This document shows, piece after piece, positions 27,543-38,138 of a stretch of 64,000 bases of DNA (its first letter is position 1; every line of letters starts with the position of its first letter). The stretch covers positions 8,618,001 to 8,682,000 of the forward strand of contig OZ024765.1 of the NCBI GenBank assembly GCA_964016885.1. Direction: 5' to 3'. The notes beneath the pieces are model-generated. The model saw nothing but the letters and a program-made list of their open reading frames with translations, had not been told where the DNA came from and did not search any database. Source of the stretch: Eledone cirrhosa (taxonomy: Eukaryota). The translations under genes and the position numbers were made by a program.

Positions 27543-30500
27543 CTACAGGCTGATATAGAGAGAAGACCCATTCACTCTGGCCATTCTCCCTACTTTCACC
27601 CACCTTTCATAAAACTTGCTGGGGTAGAGCACCTCTCTCTCCATTCTGATCCTTCTTTTAAAATGGTATTTGAAAAAGGGGACCAGTTGTTGGCCGGAGA
27701 GAAAGGTGTCTGACCTCAGCCCTTTCAGCCTCGTCCACCATACAACTTCTTTAGCCATGGCTACCACACAGAGAAAAACCGCCTCTCCTTCGTTTTTGAA
27801 AGGGGGAGGCGGTTTGATCGTGACAATGGACTCGGTGGTCAACCGGATTGGTCCCACCCTCGACAGTAGTCGTTCCACATAGCCCCACAGGTCAGCAATG
27901 CCTGGGCAGTGTACGAATGCGTGCGCAACGGTTTCGTCATCATGCACGCATCTCGGACAGATCTTATTCAAAGGATCTCTACCCAGGCTCCCATGCCTGT
28001 GGAGCTTGTCTCGAACGGGTAGAGCCCCTCGGTAGCACTGCCAAGCCAGGGACTTTTGGAAGTTGTCCATCGGTCCAGGGCCAAACGTCCTACCGAACAG
28101 ACTGGCCAGTTCATCTTCCTCCATGCCTAGAGCTTCTCCGAGAGCATCGTCGCACCTGCTGCGTACCAACCCTCTATAGAATGTCGAGGTGGAGTCTCCA
28201 CTGATTGCCGGGTCCGCTTTCCAGAGGGCCGTGAGCGCCTGGGCACATTCAATGTGCCAGTCGCCCACTTTTCTCGGTCTTTGCTTGACCCAGGATTGCA
28301 GCTCGGTGAGCGAGACGAGTCTGGGAAAGGCTCGCCTCACAAACGGGGCCCACACCGGTTGACCGGTGAGGAATACCTGGAGGTGCCGTAGCCTTAATGC
28401 GTGTTTACGCATCTGTAGCCACGGCATCCCCAGCCCTCCTTTCGAAGGGTGTTGACAGCAGATGGATCTCCTCACCAAAGGGGTCCGCTTGTTCCAAAGA
28501 AATTGGAACAGCGCGCACTCCATTTTGGCGAGTCTTTTCACTGGGCAAGGCACGACGGTCAAGCGGTAGTAGATGACGGATGCTATATAAGTATTCGCCA
28601 CCTCCGCTCGACCTTTCAGGGATAGTTTGCACTGGGCCCACTTCTGGGTGAGTGCAAACACCCTGGCCGTTACCTCGTTCCAGTTTTTCTCCACCTGGAG
28701 GTCTGGTCCGAACCAGACCCCAAGCAGCTTCACCGGGCCCTCCGTCCAGCGTCCGACGACGTCGTTGGAGGGCATCGGTTTGCCTCTCCATGTTCCGAGT
28801 TGCAAACCGACGGACTTGTCCCGGTTCAGCTTGGCTCCTGTAAACCTTTCATATTCCTCCAGTAAGGTGCCGATCTCACCGATTTGCGAGGTTTTCGACA
28901 CCATTACTGTCACGTCATCGGCGTAGGCCGACGCCGCTTTCTGCAATCCCGGTTCCAAAGGGATGCCCTGCAACCGCTCCAACTTCCGCAGTAGTGGCTC
29001 AAGAGCCAGCACATACAGTAGGGAGGAGAGAGGGCATCCCTGTCGGATGGATCGCATGATTTGGAACGGCTCCGAGAGGTGGCCGTTCACCTTGACCCTT
29101 GAGCAGACGTTGCTGCTGTGCATCGCAGCAATCCAACCCCTGAAAACGGGTCCGAAGCCTGCCGCCGCGAGCACCGCATCCAGGTAACGATGGTCAACCC
29201 TATCGAAAGCTTTAGATTGATCCAAGTTGATCAGGGCCCCACCAAAGCCGGGTTCATTCCCTACCCTCTCTATGATGTATCGCATAAGGTGGAGATTGTC
29301 GTGAATGGACCTGGACGGGATTGCGCATGTCTGCGCTTCTCCCACCAGGTTTCCAACGACAAGCGCCAACCTCTTCGCTAACACCTTGGCCAAAATCTTT
29401 AACTCTGTATTTAGCAGAGTTATGGGCCTGAAGTTACTTATGTCATCCCCCTTGTTCTCATCCTTCCTCACCAGCGTAACTACGCCCTTGGTCACAGAAC
29501 TGGGAATTCTCCCGTTCTGCTGCCAGTTGCAGTAGACCGCTTCGAGGATATCGGAGAACAAGTCCGGCATCGCTACATATAGCTCGTATGGTAGACCATC
29601 GAGACCCGGGGATTTGCGTTTGCCGCATTGGCTCAGCGCCGCCCCTATCTCAGCAGCTGAAATCGTCCTTTCGCAGGACTTCGCCTCCGCGTCCGAGAGG
29701 CGCGGCAGACCGTCGAGGTATGGATTGAAATCCATAGTCTCACCCGGCGCGCCGCCCCTCTCGAACAGTCGTGCAAAGTGCCGCTGAAAGGCCGCACACA
29801 TCTGCCCAGGTTCAAGGATCACACGCCCATCCTGGTCCTTCAAAGACCGAATCGTGGACTTGTTCCCACTTTTTGCCTCTGTCACTCGGGCCCAGCTTAC
29901 AGCTTTGGCTCCCTCATTACCCAGAGCACGTATTTTACTCCTGACAACGCAGCCTTCATGCTTCACCTCAAAGAACTGGTCTAAGGCCATTCTTGATGCC
30001 AGCACGCCGGCTACATTGCCACTCCTAATCGCCTCTTCTACTCTATCTACTAATTCCCTTTCCGTCTTGTTCCTATCCCTTGCTAATTCCTGACTAAAAC
30101 CTATCGATTCTATTCTAATTGCTCTCTTAAGAGAGCTCCACCACCTGTTGTTGACAATTGCCCCTGTCAAATTCTGCTTAACTAACGTGCTAATCCGTTT
30201 ACTGTAAGCTTTGCTTGTCGGTAAGGACAAGTTCAGCTTCCAGTAACCGGGTCCCTGTCTATGGGTTCTATCAAGGTTGGCTATGCAGGTCACTAACTTG
30301 TGATCCGAATAGTCAACCATGAACATTTTTGGACAGCTAAATGTGTCCCTATCGTTCTCTCTAACTAGGACCCTATCTAGGTACGACCTAGATGTTCCAC
30401 TGCGATTGGTCCACGTCCATAGTGGTACAGTCGGAAAATCTAGTCGATATCTATCGGCCAGGTCAAATCGGCCGATTAACCTTTTGAGGCTTTTACACCC

Positions 30501-30980
30501 CCCTCTATTGGCACATGCCCCTACATAGTCCCAACGTGCATCCAGGATACCATTCCAGTCCCCCACTAAAAGCAAGGAGCGGGACGTTCCCAGAAAAGTT
30601 TCCAGACGTTGGAAGTATTCCGGCCGCGCTGCCCAAAAAGGGGCGTACACAGCTATTAGTCTAAGGGCTCCACTTTCACTACTGCCGACGTCTAAAACCA
30701 CCAGTCGACCCTCCGGGTCCAGGTGCACCTTCTGTATGGCGAGGCCCAGGTGTTTTCGCAGCAGAACGACAACTCCACCCCCACCCCCCGGTTGACAGAG
30801 AGATGCGAAGATCTCAAAGTCGTCGAAGAGGGGCGCCAGTTGGTGCTCGCTGCTGATCCTGGACTCGCAAATAGCCATTACATCCATTCTATGTGACCTG
30901 AGATCGTTTAAAAGTTTGCCTTGTTTCCAAGACAGTCCCAGGCCACGTACATTCAGACACCCAACTCTTATATCAGCCAT
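27543..30980 (-). CDS. ORF2: APE endonuclease, reverse transcriptase, C-terminal CCHC zinc finger (1145 aa)
   Basis: LNVRG, VYAP, GDWN, YLDR, SDH (APE); KSPGLDG, FRPITLLN, DQSKAFDRV, QGCPLS, YADD (RT); CPRC..ETVAHAFVHC. Confidence 0.95.
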   Translation of the reverse strand: MADIRVGCLNVRGLGLSWKQGKLLNDLRSHRMDVMAICESRISSEHQLAPLFDDFEIFASLCQPGGGGGVVVLLRKHLGLAIQKVHLDPEGRLVVLDVGSSESGALRLIAVYAPFWAARPEYFQRLETFLGTSRSLLLVGDWNGILDARWDYVGACANRGGCKSLKRLIGRFDLADRYRLDFPTVPLWTWTNRSGTSRSYLDRVLVRENDRDTFSCPKMFMVDYSDHKLVTCIANLDRTHRQGPGYWKLNLSLPTSKAYSKRISTLVKQNLTGAIVNNRWWSSLKRAIRIESIGFSQELARDRNKTERELVDRVEEAIRSGNVAGVLASRMALDQFFEVKHEGCVVRSKIRALGNEGAKAVSWARVTEAKSGNKSTIRSLKDQDGRVILEPGQMCAAFQRHFARLFERGGAPGETMDFNPYLDGLPRLSDAEAKSCERTISAAEIGAALSQCGKRKSPGLDGLPYELYVAMPDLFSDILEAVYCNWQQNGRIPSSVTKGVVTLVRKDENKGDDISNFRPITLLNTELKILAKVLAKRLALVVGNLVGEAQTCAIPSRSIHDNLHLMRYIIERVGNEPGFGGALINLDQSKAFDRVDHRYLDAVLAAAGFGPVFRGWIAAMHSSNVCSRVKVNGHLSEPFQIMRSIRQGCPLSSLLYVLALEPLLRKLERLQGIPLEPGLQKAASAYADDVTVMVSKTSQIGEIGTLLEEYERFTGAKLNRDKSVGLQLGTWRGKPMPSNDVVGRWTEGPVKLLGVWFGPDLQVEKNWNEVTARVFALTQKWAQCKLSLKGRAEVANTYIASVIYYRLTVVPCPVKRLAKMECALFQFLWNKRTPLVRRSICCQHPSKGGLGMPWLQMRKHALRLRHLQVFLTGQPVWAPFVRRAFPRLVSLTELQSWVKQRPRKVGDWHIECAQALTALWKADPAISGDSTSTFYRGLVRSRCDDALGEALGMEEDELASLFGRTFGPGPMDNFQKSLAWQCYRGALPVRDKLHRHGSLGRDPLNKICPRCVHDDETVAHAFVHCPGIADLWGYVERLLSRVGPIRLTTESIVTIKPPPPFKNEGEAVFLCVVAMAKEVVWWTRLKGLRSDTFLSGQQLVPFFKYHFKRRIRMEREVLYPSKFYERWVKVGRMARVNGSSLYISL

Positions 30981-31001
30981 GTTGGTTAAAAGAGGAAGGA
31001 C

Positions 31002-32744
31002 CTACCTGTTCGGCTCCTGAGGAGCAGGTTGCACAATATCCATGGGCGTATTGGAGGGGTTGTTTGGTGGGGTGTTGTTCTGTGGTGGAGTGGGGGTGTT
31101 TGGTGAGGTGTGGGTGGGGAAACGTTTCAAGAGGACGCGGTTATAGGGTCGAGTACATGTTTTCCCCACGTCCTCAGGAAAGTTCTCTCTTAGTTTTGCA
31201 TAGGTGTCCATTGGGAGTCTTATCATTTTTAAATGCGGTTTGTTGGCCGCGCTTGCAAAGAATTGCCCTTCAGTTTCCACCAAAGGGTCTTTGTGTATTG
31301 TTTTTACTAGTTCTTTGTTATTTGTGTTAATGTATGTATACTGTTTTATTTGTGTTGTGTTTGTTTGTTGTTCTTGTGTGTGCTTACGTTTTGTTGTATG
31401 TGTTATGTTTTGGGGTGGGGCGGATTTTGTTTGTTCTGTTTGTTTTGTTTTTGTTGGTGGTTGTGTGTTTGTTTCGTTTATGTTCGAGTGGTGCTTTCTT
31501 TTTTTCCTTTTTACAGGTTGGAAGGGTTCCCCCTCTTCGTCACTAGGTGCCGTTTCCGCTGGGTCCTCGTCCGTGCTGTCGGGTAGTGGTGTATTTTGGG
31601 GTTTTGTTGTATTTGTGTGTGTTTTGGGAGTTGTTTTGGGTGGGGCCGTGTCTTGTGTTATTTTTCCCTGTTGTTTTTGTTGTTGTTGTGGTGGTGGTGG
31701 TGGAGGTGGTGGTGGTGGTGGTGGTGGCGGTGGTGGTGTGTGGGGTGTAGGCAAAAGAGCCTTTTTTTTTGTCAATTGAGGACAAGCAGCCCTTAGATGA
31801 CCCCTGCTTGAACAGTAGTAACATATGGGCCTCCTACCCTCGGCTGAAATATATATAAATGTTTCTCCATCGAGGGACACCCTCTGTGGTATTCTAGCGA
31901 TTCGTTCTGGTCTCATTTGGACCAGAACCTCCACGCTCAAACCGCCGAAAACGTCTGTGGTGACTTCTCCTACTGAGAGGATTCCGTCCTCGTCTTCTAA
32001 AAATCCTGTTAGTACCCAGGAAATGCATGCATTTGGCCGGATTCCGGAGACCCTTATCTTCTGCGTTCTTTTCCCTAAATATGTGGGGAAAAATGTATAT
32101 ATCTTGGAAACAATTGGTGCCACAGAGTATTTCCTGGCCGTCAATTGATCCTTCATTAGGACCGTTATATTCCCATAGAGTGGCCCTTTTTGTATGAACG
32201 ATATATCACTCCACACATTTTTTAGGACCAGCTCAATCTCTTTTTGGGATAATTGAGTTGGTTTCCTTGTTATGTTGGAAATTGTTCTGAAAGATATCGT
32301 TCTTAGCGTCGTGTCTCTTTTGATTTCTTGTGGGGAGGTGATTGTGAAGTCTCCTCCTTCTTTGAAAGTTACATACTGTTTCGCTTCCTTCATCTTTTCT
32401 CTCAGAGTTGTAATGTCCAGTTGCTTGCAGGTTTGTGTTTTCCGGACCGCCTGTGCAAAGGAGGTACCAGTAGTGGGTTCACTTTGTTTGGTGTTATCGT
32501 TATTTTTTCCTTGGTTGGTGTTGTGACTATTGCTGTTATTGTCGTTGATGTTTTTGTCTGCGTTTATGTGACTTTCTGGGTTTTCACCCATTTCTACAAA
32601 TTTTTCTTTTAATTCCGTGTTCCATGTTTCTTTTGCAGAAGTGAGGAGGGAAGACTTAGAGCCTTGTGCTTCTAGCTTCTCTGTATCACCTTTCTTAGGG
32701 GGCGTGGCTTTCACGTTAGGATGAGATGTGAAAATTCCGTCCAT
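31002..32744 (-). CDS. ORF1: gag-like nucleic-acid-binding protein with CCHC knuckle (~580 aa from first ATG)
   Basis: EGRRPICYYCSSRGHLRAAC (C-X2-C-X4-H-X4-C), poly-P/Q and T/K-rich tail, KRKKRK; frame open to 32837, first ATG at 32744. Confidence 0.85.
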   Translation of the reverse strand: MDGIFTSHPNVKATPPKKGDTEKLEAQGSKSSLLTSAKETWNTELKEKFVEMGENPESHINADKNINDNNSNSHNTNQGKNNDNTKQSEPTTGTSFAQAVRKTQTCKQLDITTLREKMKEAKQYVTFKEGGDFTITSPQEIKRDTTLRTISFRTISNITRKPTQLSQKEIELVLKNVWSDISFIQKGPLYGNITVLMKDQLTARKYSVAPIVSKIYTFFPTYLGKRTQKIRVSGIRPNACISWVLTGFLEDEDGILSVGEVTTDVFGGLSVEVLVQMRPERIARIPQRVSLDGETFIYISAEGRRPICYYCSSRGHLRAACPQLTKKKALLPTPHTPPPPPPPPPPPPPPPPQQQQKQQGKITQDTAPPKTTPKTHTNTTKPQNTPLPDSTDEDPAETAPSDEEGEPFQPVKRKKRKHHSNINETNTQPPTKTKQTEQTKSAPPQNITHTTKRKHTQEQQTNTTQIKQYTYINTNNKELVKTIHKDPLVETEGQFFASAANKPHLKMIRLPMDTYAKLRENFPEDVGKTCTRPYNRVLLKRFPTHTSPNTPTPPQNNTPPNNPSNTPMDIVQPAPQEPNR

Positions 32745-32955
32745 TTCTATTAGTTTGTCGTAATAAATTTTTAACTGGAAAATTCGCCCCAAAAAGGGGC
32801 GAAAATAAATAAACTCAAAGTTTGACGACCAAGGCAAGGGGTTAACGTATATTACAGTATAAAAAAATTAATCAAAACTCACTTTTTGAGTAAGTAAATC
32901 CGACTCGGTAGCCGAGCTTGTTCACACACGTCAACACACGTCTCTCGTATACGAG

Positions 32956-33533
32956 ATGTTATGTGAGATATTATGTGAGGTAAAGCCTTTACTGTGAAAA
33001 TACAATAGTATATATAGAGTAATGTAAATGTTATGTGAGATATTATGTGAGATAAAGCCTTTACTGTGAAAATCCAATAGTATATATAGAGTAATGTAAA
33101 TGTTATGTGAGATATTATGTGAGGTAAAGCCTTTACTGTGAAAATACAATAGTATATATAGAGTAATGTAAATGTTATGTGAGATATTATGTGAAGTAAA
33201 GCCTTTACTGTGAAAATACAATAGTATATATAGAGTAATGTAAATGTTATGTGAGATATTATGTGAGGTAAAGCCTTTACTGTGAAAATACAATAGTATA
33301 TATAGAGTAATGTAAATGTTATGTGAGATATTATGTGAGATAAAGCCTTTACTGTGAAAATACAATAGTATATATAGAGTAATGTAAATGTTATGTGAGA
33401 TATTATGTGAGATAAAGCCTTTACTGTGAAAATACAATAGTATATATAGAGTAATGTAAATGTTATGTGAGATATTATGTGAGGTAAAGCCTTTACTGTG
33501 AAAATACAATAGTATATATAGAGTAATGTAAAT
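32956..33533. repeat. 72-bp minisatellite, ~8 copies (right of LINE)
   Basis: same unit and orientation as 26641-27321. Confidence 0.95.
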
Positions 33534-33694
33534 GCTAAAGGGTTAAAACTTCCATCATAATTTTATGTAAGAACTTTTGTTATGTTCTAAACAGCAGCTT
33601 CATGAAAAAGTTATAAAACATTCCATCATAATTTTATGCAAGAACCTCTCCCACCTGTCCCCAAATTGCTGGCCTTGTGTCTATAGTAGAAATC

Positions 33695-33739
<45 letters not shown>

Positions 33740-33788
33740 AACATTTATATTTGTTGAATTACCAACAAATTGAATATCCCTTTTGCTT

Positions 33789-33861
<73 letters not shown>

Positions 33862-33889
33862 AGTTTATATATACATATATATTTATAAA

Positions 33890-34512
33890 TGAATTTGTTT
33901 AGCAAGATTCTTTATCTGAAAATGTGTGTTGAAACCGATATTGTTATACTTTGGGAGGGTCATGTTGCCAATAAGAAACACACGCACCAGTTGCTTTCAC
34001 TCCAATTTATTGGAAAATACGCAATGTTTAGACAAATCACAGAGGCAATAAACATAAAAGAACTCCAACCAAAATTAAATAGAAAACATAAATGGAACAG
34101 CAACATCACAACTTACAATTAAGGACAAAATGAAAACACACACACACATAGAACAAACAACCAACCAGTAACATGTAAATAAACAAATAAATAAACAAAT
34201 ATAAACACACACAGACACCCGGATGTAACACATGCGCAAACTAAGCACACAACACACACAAAAACAAGATGGCGTAGGACAGAACAAAGGAGAGGCACAA
34301 AAACAAAGAAAAGAATCCCCAGTCACTGAAGAGCTAACAGAATGTGTGACAAAAGAACTTTGACAATATATGAACAATCATCTGGTTGTGGAACCAACCA
34401 ACCGGAAATTTATAAATTCTTAAATTTATACATTTAATTTATAATAAATTGGAGTGAAGGCAACTGGTGCGTGTGTTTCTTATTTGCAACATGACCCTCC
34501 CAAAGCATAACT
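33890..34512 (+). mobile_element. 5'-truncated Penelope-like element with inverted pLTR end
   Basis: FRQITEAINIKELQPKLNRK (same as 40100-40200); 33943-34011 is the reverse complement of 34443-34511. Confidence 0.85.
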
Positions 34513-34539
34513 ATATATATATATATATATATATAAATA

Positions 34540-34852
34540 GCTTAGTAGTTAGAGCATCGAAAGGTTGTGAGTTCAATTCTCAGACCGGGTGATGTGTTGT
34601 TTCCTTGAGCAAGACACTTTATTTCACATTGCTCCAGTTTACTCACCTGTAGAAATGAGATGATAGGGACTGGAGTCCATATCATTCCACTGCAAAGTGG
34701 TCGTGGAGGTGCCACGGCAAAAAAGCACCCAGCACTCACTGTAAATGAGGTTGGTGTTAGGAAGGGCATCCAGCTGTAGAAATCAAGCCAGAATCAGTTC
34801 CCGTCCCACCCTTGCAAGCAGGGAAAAGTGGACGTAAAATGATGATGATGAT
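34540..34852 (+). mobile_element. tRNA-derived SINE (head partly deleted)
   Basis: core and tail as 20151. Confidence 0.88.
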
Positions 34853-34920
34853 ATAGGTGTTAATATATATATACATACATATATATATATACATACATAC
34901 ATATATATATTATATATATA

Positions 34921-35348
34921 TTGCTGTAGTGGAGTCTGTGCTGCTGTACGGGTCTGAGACTTGGACACTGACCAAGAAACTCACTCAGATGGTGGATGGG
35001 TGCTACACGAGAATGCTGAGGATGACTCTGAACATTAATCAGTATACACTGAGGATGAAGAACTCAGAGCTGTACGAGAGCCTCCCAAAAGTCAGCTCAA
35101 AAGTGACACAGGGGAGACTGAGGTTAGCTGGACATGCTCATCGACATCCAGAGTTGACACTGCACTCAATGCTCCTGTGGGAGCCCCTACATGGACACAC
35201 TGGAAGAGGAAGACCGAGGTTAACGTATGTTGATGCCCTAAGGACAGACACTGGTCTGTTGGAGATGCAGAACATGGCAGCGATAATGAGGGACAGAGAC
35301 CGCTGGAGAGAACTCGTCCATGGATCTCAGGAATTTTACCCGCCCTAG
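34921..35348 (+). mobile_element. LINE 3' fragment, second RTE-like family
   Basis: ESVLLYGSETW, RLRLAGH, GRGRPRLTYVD, DRDRWRE; rearranged copy at 59531-59800. Confidence 0.85.
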
Positions 35349-35600
35349 AAAAAAATATATACAGAATATAATAATAATAAATAATAATAAATGTGAAGAC
35401 TAAAATCCAAGAGGGCTCGATAAGGATTATATATATAAATATATATAATTATATATAAAAATCGTAGAGCAAATAGAAGATCCCGTTAAGGGTGAAAGCA
35501 GCGATTCTTTGCTTAAACTTTAATCTGTGATTTTAGTAAATATATATATATATAAAATAAAATAAATAAGTCAAATGTTTAAAATTTGGCTTTGTTTATT

Positions 35601-35655
35601 ACTGCTATATATATTTCGGTGACAGCCATCTTTGGCTGTGACCTCTTCAGGCAGT
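35601..35655 (-). ncRNA. minimal hammerhead ribozyme at a PLE-like 3' end
   Basis: ACTGC-CTGAAGA-GGT C ACAGCCA AAGA TGGCTGT C ACC-GAAAT ATAT AT A-GCAGT. Confidence 0.85.
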
Positions 35656-35927
35656 CCGAATTAGTGTGGTTGAGACGAGTACACATGTTGTTGAGGTATT
35701 TAACTTTGTCAATACTCTGATATGCCCAGTTCCTAGTTGAGTTGTTGTTTCACTGAGGAACTGGAATCATATGAATTTAAACATTTGACTTATTTATTTT
35801 ATTTTATTTTACATTACTCCGGAGTAACCAAACCAACCTGCGCACTTCGTCGAGTGCTCCAATCTGCATACTGAGGTGTTTGTATACAACCAACATATAC
35901 TCAAAATATATATATATATATATATAA

Positions 35928-36407
35928 ACTATAATAAAGCAAGGAGCGTGGGACTGCGTAAGGTTTATATTTTTTTATCACATTAGTAAAATAAGTTGCA
36001 TTATTTGAATAAATAATGAATGAATATTACATAAATTATCTACTAAATTTCGTGGCTGTTGATTAAATATATTTTGTTTATTTAAAGATTCACTTCTTTA
36101 AAATTTCTGAAATGTCAACACTTCCGGTTGGCCATCGTTTAAATAAACATTCATATATTTCTGTCACTAATTTTCTCCTAATGCAGTTTATATATAATAT
36201 CGTCTTTTTTTAATGTATCATGGATTACGTTACTGATTACGTAAGACAGTGTAACGCAGTCTTCGTTCAATTTCTATGTATTATATATTGTCAATTACGA
36301 TTTTATTTGTTGTATCATATCTACATGTATATATATTTGCGTATAATATCAATATACACACTACACATGCTAGCAGAAAACCACCCGGGGGGTGGTTTTT
36401 CTGCTAG
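35928..36407 (+). mobile_element. non-autonomous Helitron-like element (second copy)
   Basis: homologous to 9663-10140; ends in hairpin plus CTAG|T within a TA tract. Confidence 0.7.
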
Positions 36408-36679
36408 TATATATAATGTGGAAAGTGATTTTAAGCTAAACAATGCAAAATGGACAGTAAGATGAAGGTAACAAAAAAGTTATTTACCTGATAATATTTG
36501 TTTTGAATTTTTGTTGCTGTTGTTTCTTTCGAAAGAAGCAATTTTGAATTGTTTAGTCATATACCACTTTCTACATTATATATTATATACAAGTCTTCAA
36601 ATAAACTACAGCATTGTATAGACTAGCTGGCCTCCTGCCATCAAATATGACAGCTAATTGTAATATCTATACATAACCA

Positions 36680-37115
36680 CGGAGCTTGAGGCAATCCGGC
36701 GAAGCTACACCAAGAGGATTGCCACGATGAAGGAGATAAGCTACTGGGAGAGGCTAAAAGAACTGAACCTCTACTCCTTGGAACGAAGATGGGAGAGATA
36801 CGCAGTGATCTACATGTGGAAAATCCTGGAGGGACTAGCACCAAAGTTTGGCATTGGGAGCTGGACCAACCATTGAACAGGACATCAGATCTTGAATAAG
36901 GAGCAGATATTGCACTAGCCTGGGGTTCAAGGGCCCTCAGCAAGCTGCCGAGGGATCTGAGAGATCTGCATGGTGTGGAGGTGGATGTCTTCAAGAAACA
37001 TCTCAACACCTTGCTATCCAGGATCCTGGATGAGCCCACAGCAAGGCACGAGGGAAACCTAAGGGCAGCAGCAACAAACTCCCTCTTGCACCAGTAGCCA
37101 ACCAATACAGGCTGG
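36680..37115 (+). mobile_element. CR1/L2-group LINE 3' fragment
   Basis: translates to SYWERLKELNLYSLERRWERYAVIYMWKILEGL, typical CR1 ORF2 C-terminus. Confidence 0.75.
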
Positions 37116-37745
37116 AGATAAAATGTGTAGCAACAAGGCTGGTGCCCCAGCATGGCCTCAGCCGGATGGCTGGAACAGGTAAAAGAGTAAAAGAGATGTT
37201 TGTTTGTTGGTTGGTTCCTTCACACTTACTCACACAAGTGATACAAACATACACACACACAGTCAATGTGTGTAGACAAATTGCTACACATATACACGCT
37301 GCTGTGCTGAATCTTAGAACGCTGGACTTCTATAGCCCCCCCCCCCCCCCTTCCTCAGTCATCACATAGATGTGTGTCATCATCATCATCATCATCATCA
37401 TCACCGTTGTACGTCCGTTCTTCCACGCTAGCATGGGTTACACGGGTTGTCCTGTTGTGGGCAGTGTCTGGTCGGCTGACCTTGTGCTCATACAGGAACT
37501 GATTTGGCTTGATTTCTACAGCTGGATGCCCTTCCTAACACCAACCTCATTTACAGTGAGTGCTGGGTGCTTTTTTGTGGCGTATGTAATAAATGTAATG
37601 TGTATGTAATAATTATTTTTCTAAGTCTGTCTGTTTATATATATATATGTGTGTAGATTCGTGTGTGTGTTTGTATTTCTAATGTCTATTATGCATAAAG
37701 GAAAGTATATACTTTCAGACGTTCAACCATCTGGCAGGAAGGTAT

Positions 37746-37788
37746 ACGTTGCTGACGATAGCTAATAAGCTAGAAACTAGTACAGCGT
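37746..37788 (+). ncRNA. minimal hammerhead ribozyme (family of 19831)
   Basis: ACGTTG-CTGACGA-TAGCT AATA AGCTA-GAAAC TA GT A-CAGCGT; substitutions relative to 19831 retain pairing. Confidence 0.8.
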
Positions 37789-37935
37789 TCCTTTGTCAGT
37801 GTTGAACAAATGAGCAACGATGGTTGCTAGACACTGTACGGCTTAATTCGGGATGTTTGTTTACAAACACACCGAGCATTATAATAAATGTTCGGTGAAT
37901 CCATACGTACATATATATATATGTGTGCATGTATG

Positions 37936-37978
<43 letters not shown>

Positions 37979-38083
37979 ATAATAATAAATTTGAAGACTA
38001 AAATTCAAAGAGGGCTTGATAAGGATAAATATATATCAAATATAGAAGAACCGTAGAGCAAATATTTATTAAAATAACAGATT

Positions 38084-38138
38084 AAAGTTTAAGCAAAGAA
38101 TCGCTGCTTTCACCCTTAACGGGATCTTCTGAAACTTT
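38084..38138 (-). ncRNA. hammerhead-like motif with U4A core
   Basis: AAAGTTT-CAGAAGA-T CCC GTTAA GGG T-GAA AGCA GCGATTCTT TGCT T-AAACTTT; partial copies at ~35475 and ~45858. Confidence 0.6.

Larger units (their letters stand above)
27322..32955 (-). mobile_element. full-length L1-group (Tx1-clade-like) non-LTR retrotransposon
   Basis: two uninterrupted ORFs separated by 21 bp, ~210-bp 5' UTR, ~220-bp 3' UTR ending AATAAAGAAACC; GC content well above flanks. Confidence 0.92.
26488..33542 (-). mobile_element. TTAA-flanked (piggyBac-like) MITE with internal 72-bp array, interrupted by a Tx1-type LINE
   Basis: right end TAAATGCTAAAGGG|TTAA; left end is a degenerate ..TTAGCATTTAAACCGG..CCGGCCAGAATT matching the terminus of the LINE-free copy at 50116-52210. 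Confidence 0.75.

Noticed and set aside
32745-32837. Upstream non-ATG start for LINE ORF1
   Set aside because: Track start is TTG; in a eukaryote the first ATG (32744) is the more defensible start.
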